47,884 bases of DNA from Escherichia phage ZL19: sequence record OM258170. The stretch is one strand, 5' to 3'. A model generated the notes under the pieces. The model did no database searches. It saw only the letters and a list, made by a program, of their open reading frames with translations, and was not told where the DNA came from. Shown piece after piece: positions 17,270-27,708 of this stretch; position 1 is the first letter of the stretch, and each line of letters begins with the position of its first letter. The position numbers were made by a program, and so were the translations under genes.

Positions 17270-20245
17270 ATGGCAACAAATGAATTAGCCGGAATCACAC
17301 TAGCCGTAGACGTCTCGCAGGTAGACAGAGGTACACAGTCCCTGCGGAAGTTCAGGCAGGCAAACCAGCAGGCCGCTTCCGGCATTAGTGAGTTCGTCAA
17401 CGCCGAGCAGGTTGCAAAGAATCAAGCCAGAGACACAGCTCGCGCACTGGCTGAACAGCAATCATCTTTGGCTAAATTGCAAACGGCTATTGACCCAACT
17501 GCGGCAAAGTTCCGTAAACTCCAGGAGGCTGCTGTAGGTCTTGATAAGGCTTTCGCGGCTGGAGTAGTTCCTGATGAGGAGTTTTTCCGCTTAGGTGAGG
17601 CGCTTGAAACGCAGAACGCAAAACTTGCTCGTTCACGTGCGGCACTAACTGAAGAGGGTAGAGCGGCGGCGCAAGCTGCAAAGGATAAGGCAAAGGCAAA
17701 GGCTGAAGCGGATAGATTCATTGCATCACTTGAGCGTCAGGCTCAGGCGGCAACATTGACGCGAGAGGAGTACCTAAAGTTACAAGCGGCCCAGCTTGGC
17801 GTAAGTTCTCAGGCGGCGCCTATTATTGACAGAATCGCCGATGTATCACGGAAGGCAAACACCCAGCTAATTGCTCAGAGCAAGGCCTTTCAACGCTCTG
17901 GCTTAAGCGCAGGTCAATACAAGGCTGCAATCTCTCAATTGCCAGCGCAGATTACAGATATTGGGACATCACTTGCTGGCGGCATTCCGATTTGGCTTAT
18001 TGCAATTCAGCAAGGTGGACAAATTAAGGATGCATTTGGAGGTATTGGTAACACATTTAGTTTTGCGCTTGCTGCTTTAAACCCGTTCAACGTAGCAGTT
18101 GGGGTTCTCGGTGGCGCGCTTGTTGCTTTAGGCGTCGGTGCTGCGCAGGCTGAAAGTGAATTCAGGGCGTTAAACTCCGCCATTGCGTTCTCAAACAACT
18201 CCACAATCGCATCAATCTCGCAGGTTAGAGAGTTGGTTAGCTCTGTTTCTGATGCCACTGGTGCAACCAGAGGACTTGTGACTAGCATCGCAACAAGCCT
18301 TGTTGAGCAAGGAAACCTTACGCTAACGCAGATTGACAAGATTACTAAATCAACAGCCAGATGGGCTCAGTTGACAGGTAAGGATGCAAAGGAAATTACT
18401 GGTTACTATAACCAGATTGCGAGCGACCCAATTCAAGGACTTGCTGATTTAGACAAGAGGTTTAACTTCCTTACACAGGGGCAGTTAACAACAATTGAAA
18501 GATTGAGGGAGACTAGGGGTGAGGTTGAAGCCGTAACTGCTGCTATTGATATATTTAGCAAATCACAAGAGGCAAACCTTAACGATATTGCAGCCCAGCT
18601 TACTCCTCTTGAATTGGCCTGGAATGACTTCAGGAAGTACATATCTGATGTATGGGATGCAATTAGTCGCAGAACGGTTGGGGCGCTAAACCTGTTTGTT
18701 GACGTAATCGCCGGAACAATTGAGCAAATTAGGGTCTTCATCAACCAGGGTGATGTGCTGATTGGTGAATTCGTAATTAGCGCAACACAGGCACTGCAGA
18801 ACATCCCCGGCCTTGATGGTGTTGGTGATGATGTTGTCAAGGGACAGCAGAAGATTATCGATGCCGCTAAGAAGCAAAACATTGAGCTAGAGAAGTCTAT
18901 CAAGGAGCGCGATGCCAGAATCAGAGAAGGAGAACTTGGCTACGTTACTCGCAGAGAAAATCAGAATACCAATGAGCAGTCAGGCACGGATGAGGAGTTT
19001 GCAAAAAGGAAGAAAGCGCTTCAGGATGAACTTGATGCGATCAAGAAGAGCAGGAAAGAAGAAAATGGTAGGGTTAAAGAGCAAAGAGACCTTACAATTG
19101 GTTACGAATCTGGCGTACTTGCACTACAGGCACAACTCAAGGTGCTTCAGGAAAACAGGGATATTGGCGCAGTAATAAGCAATGAGCGCAAGCAGTATCT
19201 TCAGGAGGTTGCAAAATTCCAGATTCTTGAGCAAAGGCAGCGTGATGGCTCAATAAAAAAAGAGCAAGCAAGACTTCTCATTGAAAAGGATAAAGTTCTT
19301 GAGTTGGCCAGGCAGAAGGCTGAGCTAGGTGATCAGATTGTTTTGCAAGAAAGAGCCAATAAGTTGGCTGAAGATAACCGCAAGAAGATTCTTCAGATTA
19401 ACAATGAGGCAAGCAATATTGATTTGGGTACTGGATTATCATCTCGTGAACTGCAAAGAGCCAAAGAGATTCAGGCTCTTCAGTCCAATCAGGTCAATGC
19501 TGGTGGCTCTCTTGATGACGTTGATTTTCAGCAGCTACTGGAAGCAAGACGTAACTTTTATGCCCAGGAGGATGCGCTACGTGAAAACTGGCTCGCTGGT
19601 GTGAATCAATCCTTTGCCAATTGGGCTGAGAGCGCGACGGATGCATTCTCAATTGCTGGAAGTTTAACCACAACAGTCTTTGAAGGCATTACCGACCAGA
19701 TTACAAACCTCGTAACAACTGGCGAAACAAACTTCAGAGAGTTTACTGTTAGCATCCTTAAACAGATTGCTAAGATTGCAACCCAACTTCTTATTGTTAA
19801 GGCTATAGAGTCTAGCTTAAGTAGCTTCGGTGGTACTGGTGGCGCTATTGGTTCAATTTCTTCAGGTCTTGGTTTCGCTGGCGGCGGCTACACTGGTAAT
19901 GGCGGGAAATACCAACCAGCAGGTACTGTACATAAGGGTGAGTTTGTATTCACAAAAGAAGCGACTAGCAGAATTGGTGTTAAGAACCTTTACGCACTAA
20001 TGAAGGGATACGCAAACGGTGGCGCTGTAGGTGGTCCATCTGGTTATGCTAATGGTGGCTATGTTTCCGGCGGCTCGGATATTAATGTTAGTGGCATCAC
20101 TGTTAACGTTAATGGTGGCGTTGGTAGCGACCCAGAACAAGCTAAGGCGCTGCAAAGCGGAGTCAGGGCTATCGTAGCAGAGGAGATTGCTCAGTCCTTC
20201 CAGCAGGGCGGAAAAGCTTATCAGTACCTTCGCGGATTCAACTAA
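17270..20245 (+). CDS. tail tape measure protein
   Basis: 991 aa, Ala/Gln-rich coiled-coil with Gly-rich C-terminus, GGAGG RBS. Confidence 0.85.
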   Translation: MATNELAGITLAVDVSQVDRGTQSLRKFRQANQQAASGISEFVNAEQVAKNQARDTARALAEQQSSLAKLQTAIDPTAAKFRKLQEAAVGLDKAFAAGVVPDEEFFRLGEALETQNAKLARSRAALTEEGRAAAQAAKDKAKAKAEADRFIASLERQAQAATLTREEYLKLQAAQLGVSSQAAPIIDRIADVSRKANTQLIAQSKAFQRSGLSAGQYKAAISQLPAQITDIGTSLAGGIPIWLIAIQQGGQIKDAFGGIGNTFSFALAALNPFNVAVGVLGGALVALGVGAAQAESEFRALNSAIAFSNNSTIASISQVRELVSSVSDATGATRGLVTSIATSLVEQGNLTLTQIDKITKSTARWAQLTGKDAKEITGYYNQIASDPIQGLADLDKRFNFLTQGQLTTIERLRETRGEVEAVTAAIDIFSKSQEANLNDIAAQLTPLELAWNDFRKYISDVWDAISRRTVGALNLFVDVIAGTIEQIRVFINQGDVLIGEFVISATQALQNIPGLDGVGDDVVKGQQKIIDAAKKQNIELEKSIKERDARIREGELGYVTRRENQNTNEQSGTDEEFAKRKKALQDELDAIKKSRKEENGRVKEQRDLTIGYESGVLALQAQLKVLQENRDIGAVISNERKQYLQEVAKFQILEQRQRDGSIKKEQARLLIEKDKVLELARQKAELGDQIVLQERANKLAEDNRKKILQINNEASNIDLGTGLSSRELQRAKEIQALQSNQVNAGGSLDDVDFQQLLEARRNFYAQEDALRENWLAGVNQSFANWAESATDAFSIAGSLTTTVFEGITDQITNLVTTGETNFREFTVSILKQIAKIATQLLIVKAIESSLSSFGGTGGAIGSISSGLGFAGGGYTGNGGKYQPAGTVHKGEFVFTKEATSRIGVKNLYALMKGYANGGAVGGPSGYANGGYVSGGSDINVSGITVNVNGGVGSDPEQAKALQSGVRAIVAEEIAQSFQQGGKAYQYLRGFN

Positions 20246-20275
20246 TTAACGGGGCTTTGGCCCCTAAGGATTTTT

Positions 20276-20626
20276 ATGGCTATTGATACTTTTAATTGGT
20301 GCACTCAGATACAGGGTGGATCAGCTTCATTCAGTAATACGAACAACGTGAGAGTTGTTAGCTTTGGCAATGGCTTTGAGCAAAGAGGCACGGGTGGTTA
20401 TCGCAGCAACAAGCGTAGCTACCAGATGACTTACACCAACAAGGATTGGCGCGATGTGATGGATTTCTGCTTCAACCACATCATCACTCCATTCTTCTGG
20501 ACCACTCCGCAGGGTGACACATCAATGTTTGTGATTCAGCAGGATAGCATTAGTGTTACACCGCTCAGTAAGGAAGTTCAGACTGTAAGTATGCAATTCG
20601 TAGAAGTATTTAGTTCAATGCGTTAA
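20276..20626 (+). CDS. minor tail protein (lambda M-like)
   Basis: 116-aa ORF directly after tape measure; FGNGFEQRG motif. Confidence 0.6.
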   Translation: MAIDTFNWCTQIQGGSASFSNTNNVRVVSFGNGFEQRGTGGYRSNKRSYQMTYTNKDWRDVMDFCFNHIITPFFWTTPQGDTSMFVIQQDSISVTPLSKEVQTVSMQFVEVFSSMR

Positions 20627-20630
20627 ACTA

Positions 20631-20653
20631 AGCCCCTATGCGGGGCTTTTTTA
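20631..20653 (+). terminator. intrinsic terminator
   Basis: AGCCCC-TATGC-GGGGC hairpin plus T6; near-duplicate of 8667-8689. Confidence 0.6.
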
Positions 20654-20665
20654 TTGGAGAAATAT

Positions 20666-21421
20666 ATGCTAAGTCCAAAGTTTGAAAATCAGTTGCAAAG
20701 CCTTTTTCCTGGCGAGATTGTGACACTAATCCAGGTAGACGGAACCTCATTTGGAAGTCTCGTTTACAACTTCCACAATGAGAACATTTCATACACACCA
20801 GAAGAGATTATGCTGGCCCAGATGAATGGCGAGCCACTACCAGAGAAGACTATTACATTTCGCGGTGAAGAGTATGGTCCTAGACCTTTCGGTATCTCGG
20901 GCATCAATATGACGTCTGACGGAAAGGCCAACAAAGTTACGCTAACAGTATCAAACGTAGATCAGCGTATTAGCGCGTTGATTCGCACATACAATGGACT
21001 CGTTAAGGCCAAGGTCACTATCTGGATTACTACGCGAGACAACATCAATGAGGATGGAAGTATTGCTGATGGGGATTATCGCCGCTTTGTATACTTCATT
21101 GAGCGACCAAAGCAGGTTGACTATAAGACTGCATCATTTGAGCTAAGCAGCCCGATGGATATGGATGGAATTTACATTCCTGCACGACTTGTTCAGTCGG
21201 TTTGCTATTGGGCTTCAAGGGGGTGGTATCGTAGCGGTAATGGGTGTTCATATGCTGGTAACAGATACTTTAGCAAGGATGATGAGCCAGTTGCAGACCC
21301 TTCATTAGACTTCTGTGCAGGAACTGTTAACAGTTGCAAACTTAGATTTGGTGAGAATAATCAGTTAGATTTCGGCGGCTGCGCTGCAGCAAGTCTTCAG
21401 GCTAAAGCCAATCAATCATAA
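20666..21421 (+). CDS. minor tail protein (lambda L-like)
   Basis: C-terminal Cys cluster typical of L-like tail tip proteins; track ORF 20654 starts at TTG. Confidence 0.65.
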   Translation: MLSPKFENQLQSLFPGEIVTLIQVDGTSFGSLVYNFHNENISYTPEEIMLAQMNGEPLPEKTITFRGEEYGPRPFGISGINMTSDGKANKVTLTVSNVDQRISALIRTYNGLVKAKVTIWITTRDNINEDGSIADGDYRRFVYFIERPKQVDYKTASFELSSPMDMDGIYIPARLVQSVCYWASRGWYRSGNGCSYAGNRYFSKDDEPVADPSLDFCAGTVNSCKLRFGENNQLDFGGCAAASLQAKANQS

Positions 21422-21445
21422 AAAAGGCCCCGAAAGGGGCCAAAA
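21422..21445. terminator. bidirectional terminator
   Basis: GGCCCC-GAAA-GGGGCC hairpin flanked by A-run and T-rich sequence, between convergent genes. Confidence 0.6.
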
Positions 21446-21943
21446 TTACCATCCAAGAGTTAACTGTGCTTCCTTGTAAAGGTTCTCCATTTCTTCTTTC
21501 CGCTGCTTCTTGACCCTCTTCCACTCAGATAGTGTCTTTCCGCAACTGCTAGCAATCTCAACCTCTGACTTTAACGTTCCGATTAACTCATTGCATTTCT
21601 GCATTACTGATTTATTTTCTTCTTTATACTCCTCTTTAAGAATTCGCTCCATTTCGTTAAAAGCATTAATGTAAGCTTCCTTCCACTTTGCTGCCTCCTT
21701 TCCGGTAAAGCCCATTGCTAGGAATGAGAAACCATCACGTGTAATGTCATAGCAATCTAACTTCTTGTTTTGCTTGGAAATATAAGATGAGGGCCGAAAA
21801 TTAGGCTCTCTAAATTCTTCGCTACAATCAAGTCCTCGAATAGCATCAAGCACGTGCTTGTGCGACTTACCAAACTTTTCTGAAACATCCTTTGATGTGA
21901 CTGTAATGCGACCATCTTTGCCTAAAGATACTAAATCGTTCAT
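21446..21943 (-). CDS. Rha-family phage regulatory protein
   Basis: N-terminal ITVTSKDVSEKFGKSHKHVLDAIRGL matches Rha domain pattern; track ORF trimmed to ATG with AGGTAGG RBS. Confidence 0.6.
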   Translation of the reverse strand: MNDLVSLGKDGRITVTSKDVSEKFGKSHKHVLDAIRGLDCSEEFREPNFRPSSYISKQNKKLDCYDITRDGFSFLAMGFTGKEAAKWKEAYINAFNEMERILKEEYKEENKSVMQKCNELIGTLKSEVEIASSCGKTLSEWKRVKKQRKEEMENLYKEAQLTLGW

Positions 21944-22039
21944 AATATACCTACCTGGTGAGTTGATTATTTGTTTATGGAGATTCAAATATAAAACTCC
22001 TAATAGGATTTGTCAAATCTTAAAATCATAGAGGTGAAG

Positions 22040-22798
22040 ATGTTAACACCAAAAGTTAAACTGGAAATCTTCCAGCACGCAAAAGAAGTTTACCCGCACG
22101 AATGTTGCGGGGTTGTCACGCAGAAAGGTCGCGCGCAGAAATACCACAGAATCAAGAACGCCAGCAAAGACCCAGAGAATGAATTCATCCTTGATTCAAA
22201 TGAGTATGCAGACGTTCTCTTTGAGTTGGCTCACAACGAGTCAATTGTTTATGTAGTTCACTCTCATACAGGCGATGGAGCCACAACAAGACCAAGCCCA
22301 GCGGACATTTGCAGCTGCAATGAGTGCGAGATTCCTTACGTTATCGTCAGCATTCCGGAAGGAGACATGCGGATCCTTGAACCTTCAACCATGCCACTGA
22401 TTGGTCGCCCATGGGGTCTTGGTAGCTTTGACTGCTGGGAGTTGGTAATGGCATTTCACAAGAAATACGGCGTCAAACTGAATGACTACCGCGTTAATTA
22501 CCCGTGGTGGGAGAAGCGATACAATGAGAATATCTATGAAGACAACTGGATTAAGGAAGGATTTGAGCTAGTAAAAACTTCAGATATTCCTATTGGCTCA
22601 ATGATTATGATGCAGGTTCAAAGTGAGGTGACAAACCACGCCGGAATCTATATTGGCAACAACAGATTCATTCATCACCTTTATGGTAAAATGAGTTCAG
22701 TTGATATCTACTCCGATTACTGGCGAGAGCGCACTGTGCGAATCGTTCGCCATAAGGATTTACCAGAGGATGTAATTTATGACCCAGAAACTGATTGA
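22040..22798 (+). CDS. tail assembly protein (lambda K-like, JAB/MPN + NlpC/P60)
   Basis: HECCGVV and HSH motifs plus C-terminal Cys/His region; track ORF 22010 starts at TTG. Confidence 0.7.
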   Translation: MLTPKVKLEIFQHAKEVYPHECCGVVTQKGRAQKYHRIKNASKDPENEFILDSNEYADVLFELAHNESIVYVVHSHTGDGATTRPSPADICSCNECEIPYVIVSIPEGDMRILEPSTMPLIGRPWGLGSFDCWELVMAFHKKYGVKLNDYRVNYPWWEKRYNENIYEDNWIKEGFELVKTSDIPIGSMIMMQVQSEVTNHAGIYIGNNRFIHHLYGKMSSVDIYSDYWRERTVRIVRHKDLPEDVIYDPETD

Positions 22799-23351
22799 TA
22801 TTAAGTTAGGCTTGTCTCTAGGCCGCAAGTTTGGAAAGATTCACCAGATGGCAGTGAATAGCGTGCCAGAGGCTATGCGAGCGCTTTGCTCTCAGATTCC
22901 TGCATTCAAGGAGTTCATGAGCAGCCACGTTGGGCAGAACACAAGATACGCAGTCTTTGTAGATGGTAAAAATGTGAACGAGCATCAAATCTCTGATTTT
23001 AGTGCCGTTCAGGAGATACGCATCTTGCCAATCCCGCAAGGCCGAAAGTCCGGCGGTTTGTTTCAGACAATTTTAGGTGCAGCGCTTATCACGGTTGGCA
23101 TCTTCACTGGGCAGATTTATCTTGTTGGTGCTGGCGTATCTTTGGCAGCAGGTGGTATTGCCCAGCTACTCTCACCGCAGGCAACTGGATTAAAGACCCA
23201 GAACAACCAAACAAGCAACAGAGCATCTTACGCATTTGGCTCCTCTGTAAACACGGTGGCTGCTGGTTATCCGGTTTGCCTTCCTTACGGCTATCGGACG
23301 GTTGGCGGGTCTGTATTTAGTGCAGGCAGTTATAGTGAAGATATTTCTTGA
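22779..23351 (+). CDS. tail assembly protein (lambda I-like)
   Basis: 190-aa ORF overlapping K 3' end, Gly-rich hydrophobic C-terminal half. Confidence 0.6.
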   Translation: MTQKLIDIKLGLSLGRKFGKIHQMAVNSVPEAMRALCSQIPAFKEFMSSHVGQNTRYAVFVDGKNVNEHQISDFSAVQEIRILPIPQGRKSGGLFQTILGAALITVGIFTGQIYLVGAGVSLAAGGIAQLLSPQATGLKTQNNQTSNRASYAFGSSVNTVAAGYPVCLPYGYRTVGGSVFSAGSYSEDIS

Positions 23352-23408
23352 TAATTAAATTATTCTGCATTACAGTCACCTTAAGATTTACTCTTTTGGT
23401 GACTTAAA

Positions 23409-23897
23409 ATGCAAAAATTCGAGAATTACCTTTACGAGATTGATGGAAAGCTATACTGGAAGGAGGCGAGAAACAACTCGGCCAAAATAGAGTCAGAGGC
23501 TGGATTTATTCATCATTCTGGCTATAGGTATGTTAAATTGAATGACAAACAGACTTCATCTCACAGGATTCTTTGGTACTTAAGAAATGGATTCAAGATG
23601 CCACCTAAAGGCATGGAGATTGACCATATAAATGGAAACAGGCTTGACAACTCAGCTAGTAACTTACGGATTGTATCTTCATCGGTAAACTCAAAAAACA
23701 GGTCAAAAAGGTCAGATAACTCAAGCGGCGTTGCGGGAGTTGGATTTCATAAGTTAACTGGAACGTGGTGGGCTACGATATCAATAAACAAAAAGAGAAA
23801 GCACTTGGGGCTATTCGTTGATTGGTTTGAAGCAGTGTGCGCCAGAAAGAGCGCTGAGAACTTAAATGGTGAGTACACCTATAGACATGGTAAGTAA
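23409..23897 (+). CDS. HNH homing endonuclease with AP2-like domain
   Basis: EIDHINGNRLDNSASNLR HNH motif plus GVAGVGFHKLTGTWWATI AP2-like segment; free-standing between I-like and J-like genes. Confidence 0.65.
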   Translation: MQKFENYLYEIDGKLYWKEARNNSAKIESEAGFIHHSGYRYVKLNDKQTSSHRILWYLRNGFKMPPKGMEIDHINGNRLDNSASNLRIVSSSVNSKNRSKRSDNSSGVAGVGFHKLTGTWWATISINKKRKHLGLFVDWFEAVCARKSAENLNGEYTYRHGK

Positions 23898-23905
23898 AAT
23901 CAGAA

Positions 23906-23926
23906 CCCGCCTGGCGCGGGTTTTTT
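23906..23926 (+). terminator. intrinsic terminator
   Basis: CCCGC-CTGGC-GCGGG hairpin plus T6. Confidence 0.6.
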
Positions 23927-23938
23927 ATTTACTGTAGA

Positions 23939-26900
23939 ATGGCACAAATGATCAAAACAAACATGAGGCTTTGTGATATGGCTGAAGAGATTAAGATTTA
24001 TGGTGCCAAGGGTGGTAGCCAAAAGCAGCATCAACCAGTGGAGCAGGAAGATAACCTAATTTCACTTAACAAGGTTAAGGTTCTTTTGGCGGTTGCTGAC
24101 GGTGAGGTGGATCCTAACTTCTCATTGAAGGATTTATACCTTGCTGACGTTCCGGTACAAAATCAGGATGGTAGCTACAACTATGAAGGTGTTCGCGCTG
24201 AGTTCCGTGCTGGCACGCAGTATCAGGACTATATCGCCGGGCTTGACGGTGCTAACTCAGAGATTCAGGCATCCAGAGAAATCAAGAACGATACCCCGTA
24301 CATCATTGCAGTTAACAATACTCAGCTTTCAGCAATTCGAGTTAAGCTATTCTGGCCTCGACTGGTTAAGCAAGAAAGCAATGGAGACCTGAACGGAACA
24401 ACCTGCGAGTATGCAATTGACCTTTCTGTTAATGGTGGCGCTTACCAGGAATACACTCGCGGAGTTGCTAACGGAAAGACCACTACAGGTTACGACCGAA
24501 GCATTCGCGTAAACCTTCCGGCAGAATTTGATAGCGCGCTTGTTCGCATCCGTAAGATTACGCCGGATTCAACAAGTAGCACCCTGGTTAACGGTATGCA
24601 GATTACAACCTATCAGGAAGTAATTGACGCTAAATTCCGCTATCCGCTTACGGCTCTGGTTTACGTTGAGTTTGGTTCTGACTTGTTCCCTAACGGCATC
24701 CCAACAATCTCAATCAAGAAGAGATGGAAGTTGATTCAGGTTCCTACAAACTATAACCCTGAAACCAGAACTTATAGCGGCACATGGAATGGTCTATTCA
24801 AGATGGCATGGTCAAACAACCCAGCATGGGTTCTTTATGACCTAGTAACAAACCGCCGTTACGGACTTGACCAGCGAGAGCTGGGTGTAGAGATTGATAA
24901 GTGGGGCCTGTACGAAGCTGCACAATTCTGTGACCAGATGGTTCCAGATGGCAAGGGTGGCTTAGAGCCGCGTTACCTTTGCGATATGGTTGTACAGAAC
25001 AAGGTTGAGGCTTACACGCTAATTCGTGATATCTGTTCAATCTTTCGCGGCCTGACTTTCTATGACGGCGAAAAGATTGGCATCGTGGTTGATAAGCCTC
25101 GCAACCCATCTTACATCTTCACCAATGATAACGTTGTAAACGGATTGTTCAGTCGCACATTTGCCAGCGATAAAAGTCTTTACACCACGGCAAACGTTCA
25201 GTTTGATGATGTAGAGAACAACTATCAGCAGGATGTTGAGCCAGTATTTGAGCTTGAGGCTACTCGCAGGTTCGGGTTTAATCCAGTCGACCTTACGGCA
25301 ATTGGCTGCACTCGCAGAAGTGAAGCAAACAGACGCGGCAGATGGCTCCTAAAAACCAACCTGAGAAGCGAAACTATCAGCTTCACTACCGGGTTGGAAG
25401 GCATGATTCCGATGATTGGCGAGGTTATTGCAGTTAATGATGCGGCATGGTCGAGCAACTATCAGTTGAACCTTTCCGGCCGCATTGAATCAGTGCAGGG
25501 GCTACAGGTTTTTACACCGTTTAAAGTTGACGCAGCGCCGGGTGACAGAATTCTTCTTAACAAGCCAGACGGAAGCCCGGAGGCAAGAACTATTGCCAGT
25601 GTTTCGGAAGACGGCAGAACAATCAACCTTAACACTGCTTTCAGTTTTGTAGCTCAGCCAGACACTGTGTTCGCAATTGATAAGGATAACCTTGCGCTTC
25701 AGCAGTATGTTGTGACCGGGATTCAAAAGGCAGATACTGACGGCTCTGATTCATTTCAGTACACGATTACTGCGGTGGAGTATGACCCTAACAAGTATGA
25801 CGAGATTGACTACGGCGTTAATATTGTTGACCGTCCAACTTCAGTCGTAGAGCCTGATAGATTGTCGCCACCTGAGAATTTAACAGTGTCAAGCTACAGC
25901 AAGGTTGTTCAAGGATTATCAGTTGAGACGATGGTTATCGGGTGGGATAAAGCGCCATACGCTAAAACCTACAATGTTCAATGGAGGAAAGAGAATGGTA
26001 ACTGGATTAACGTACCCAGAACAGCAAGCACAGAAGTTGATATCGAAGGTATTTACGCAGGAATCTATGACGTTAGGGTTCGCAGCGTATCAGATACTGA
26101 AAACGTGTCTGCCTGGTCTGACATTGTAACGGTGTCGCTAACTGGCAAGATTGGTCGCCCATCGGCGCCTACTGTTATCACGGCATCAACAGATGAGGTA
26201 TTTGGCATCCGTGTTAAGTGGGGTTTCCCTGAAGGCTCTGGTGACACTGCTTACACTGAACTTCAGCAGGTCCCTGATAATGGTGACGGCACTTACAATC
26301 CTGATAACGCAAGTTTGCTTACGTTACTTCCGTATCCGGCATATGAATACTGGCACACTCCGATTCAGCCAGGTAAGGCTATCTGGTATCGCGCAAGATT
26401 GATTGACAGAATAGGTAATACGTCTGATTGGTCTAGTTTCGCAAGAGGCATGAGTACTGACGACGAAAACATTATCAATGATTACATCAAAGTTGATATT
26501 GAAGGCTCAGAAGGATTCAAATACCTCGAACAGAATGCGATTCAAAAGAATCAGGACATCCAGAACCAGGCAGAATCAATTCTTGAGAACGCATTAGCTA
26601 ATGACACTGATGTTCGTCGCATGACAAAGGAGAATGGCGCAAGAAAGGCGGAGTATGTTCAGGCTGTGAATCTCATAGCCGATGAAACTCAGGCGCGCGT
26701 AGAGGCTCTAACGGCCCTTAAGGCGCAGATAGATGATGAAGTTGTAGCATCGATTACAGAAGTTCAGACTGCATTAGCCACAGAGACAGAAGCAAGGACT
26801 ACTGCAGACACGACTCTATCAGCAAGACTTGGTGAAAATGAGGCGGCTTTAAACCAGAAGCTGGACGCATTCTCTAATGCCACATCGACTGGTGTGCAGT

Positions 26901-27295
26901 ACGGAATTAGTCTTGGCCTGAAATACAATGGACAGACTTATTCATCCGGTATGAGCATGGAGCTTGTTGGTACTGGTGGTAATGTTCGCAGTCAGTTCAT
27001 CTTTGACGCAAACAGATTCGCAATCAGTAATGGTATTGGTTCTGGCTCCGGTCAATGGCAGCTCCCCTTCGTTGTAGAGAACGGAAACGTAATCATCCAA
27101 AGCGCGGTAATTGGCGATGGATCAATCAGCAACGCGAAGATTGGTAACTTCATTCAGTCTAATGACTGGGGTACAAATTCAGGCTGGAGGCTAGATAAGG
27201 ATGATGGATTGACGCTTAGGGGTTCCGATCGTGGCAAGATGAGAGTCCTGGACCGGAATGGAGTGGTTAGGGTAAAATTAGGATACTTGGGTTAA
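23939..27295 (+). CDS. central tail fibre / host specificity protein (lambda J-like)
   Basis: 1118 aa; segment QVPTNYNPETRTYSGTWNGLFKMAWSNNPAWVLYDLVTNRRYG aligns by eye with lambda J; start may be ATG 23978. Confidence 0.85.
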   Translation: MAQMIKTNMRLCDMAEEIKIYGAKGGSQKQHQPVEQEDNLISLNKVKVLLAVADGEVDPNFSLKDLYLADVPVQNQDGSYNYEGVRAEFRAGTQYQDYIAGLDGANSEIQASREIKNDTPYIIAVNNTQLSAIRVKLFWPRLVKQESNGDLNGTTCEYAIDLSVNGGAYQEYTRGVANGKTTTGYDRSIRVNLPAEFDSALVRIRKITPDSTSSTLVNGMQITTYQEVIDAKFRYPLTALVYVEFGSDLFPNGIPTISIKKRWKLIQVPTNYNPETRTYSGTWNGLFKMAWSNNPAWVLYDLVTNRRYGLDQRELGVEIDKWGLYEAAQFCDQMVPDGKGGLEPRYLCDMVVQNKVEAYTLIRDICSIFRGLTFYDGEKIGIVVDKPRNPSYIFTNDNVVNGLFSRTFASDKSLYTTANVQFDDVENNYQQDVEPVFELEATRRFGFNPVDLTAIGCTRRSEANRRGRWLLKTNLRSETISFTTGLEGMIPMIGEVIAVNDAAWSSNYQLNLSGRIESVQGLQVFTPFKVDAAPGDRILLNKPDGSPEARTIASVSEDGRTINLNTAFSFVAQPDTVFAIDKDNLALQQYVVTGIQKADTDGSDSFQYTITAVEYDPNKYDEIDYGVNIVDRPTSVVEPDRLSPPENLTVSSYSKVVQGLSVETMVIGWDKAPYAKTYNVQWRKENGNWINVPRTASTEVDIEGIYAGIYDVRVRSVSDTENVSAWSDIVTVSLTGKIGRPSAPTVITASTDEVFGIRVKWGFPEGSGDTAYTELQQVPDNGDGTYNPDNASLLTLLPYPAYEYWHTPIQPGKAIWYRARLIDRIGNTSDWSSFARGMSTDDENIINDYIKVDIEGSEGFKYLEQNAIQKNQDIQNQAESILENALANDTDVRRMTKENGARKAEYVQAVNLIADETQARVEALTALKAQIDDEVVASITEVQTALATETEARTTADTTLSARLGENEAALNQKLDAFSNATSTGVQYGISLGLKYNGQTYSSGMSMELVGTGGNVRSQFIFDANRFAISNGIGSGSGQWQLPFVVENGNVIIQSAVIGDGSISNAKIGNFIQSNDWGTNSGWRLDKDDGLTLRGSDRGKMRVLDRNGVVRVKLGYLG

Positions 27296-27336
27296 TAAAT
27301 TATTGGCGGGTAAATCCCGCCTAAGGTTTTATTTGT

Positions 27337-27708
27337 ATGGCTGGTTTGTATGGTTGGGAGATGTACGATTCTGCGGGGCGGCTTGTAGCTGACAATAGCA
27401 GCATAATGAGCAGGAGGCTATTCACTTATAGCGTGCCACTGATAAGGGCTTTATCTGCAAACATACCATGGGAAGTCTCATTTAATGTTAACTTCTCAAA
27501 TGGAACGCCTTATGCGCATTGCAATACCAGAACAGGGGTGGTGGTCCCTGCATCTACTAACTGGTATCCAGTATCACCTGATATAATAATATCTGGAAAT
27601 GCAGTTACACTCAGGTATACAAACAGGCATGTTTCCTATCCGGACGATCTTGGGTACATACTTGCAGTTGGTGGTGTTGATGTTCACTTAGGAGTTTATA
27701 ATAAATGA
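27337..27708 (+). CDS. hypothetical protein, paralog of next gene (tail/host-range associated?)
   Basis: N-terminus YGWEMYDSAGRLVAD resembles N-terminus of ORF 27705. Confidence 0.4.
   Translation: MAGLYGWEMYDSAGRLVADNSSIMSRRLFTYSVPLIRALSANIPWEVSFNVNFSNGTPYAHCNTRTGVVVPASTNWYPVSPDIIISGNAVTLRYTNRHVSYPDDLGYILAVGGVDVHLGVYNK

Noticed and set aside
17422-19604. Several track ORFs on both strands inside the tape measure gene
   Set aside because: Fully embedded in the 991-aa tape measure frame; Ala/Ser/Pro-rich alternative-frame translations.
20251-20275. GGGGC-TTTG-GCCCC hairpin after tape measure
   Set aside because: No contiguous T-run; likely not a functional terminator since the M-like gene follows immediately.
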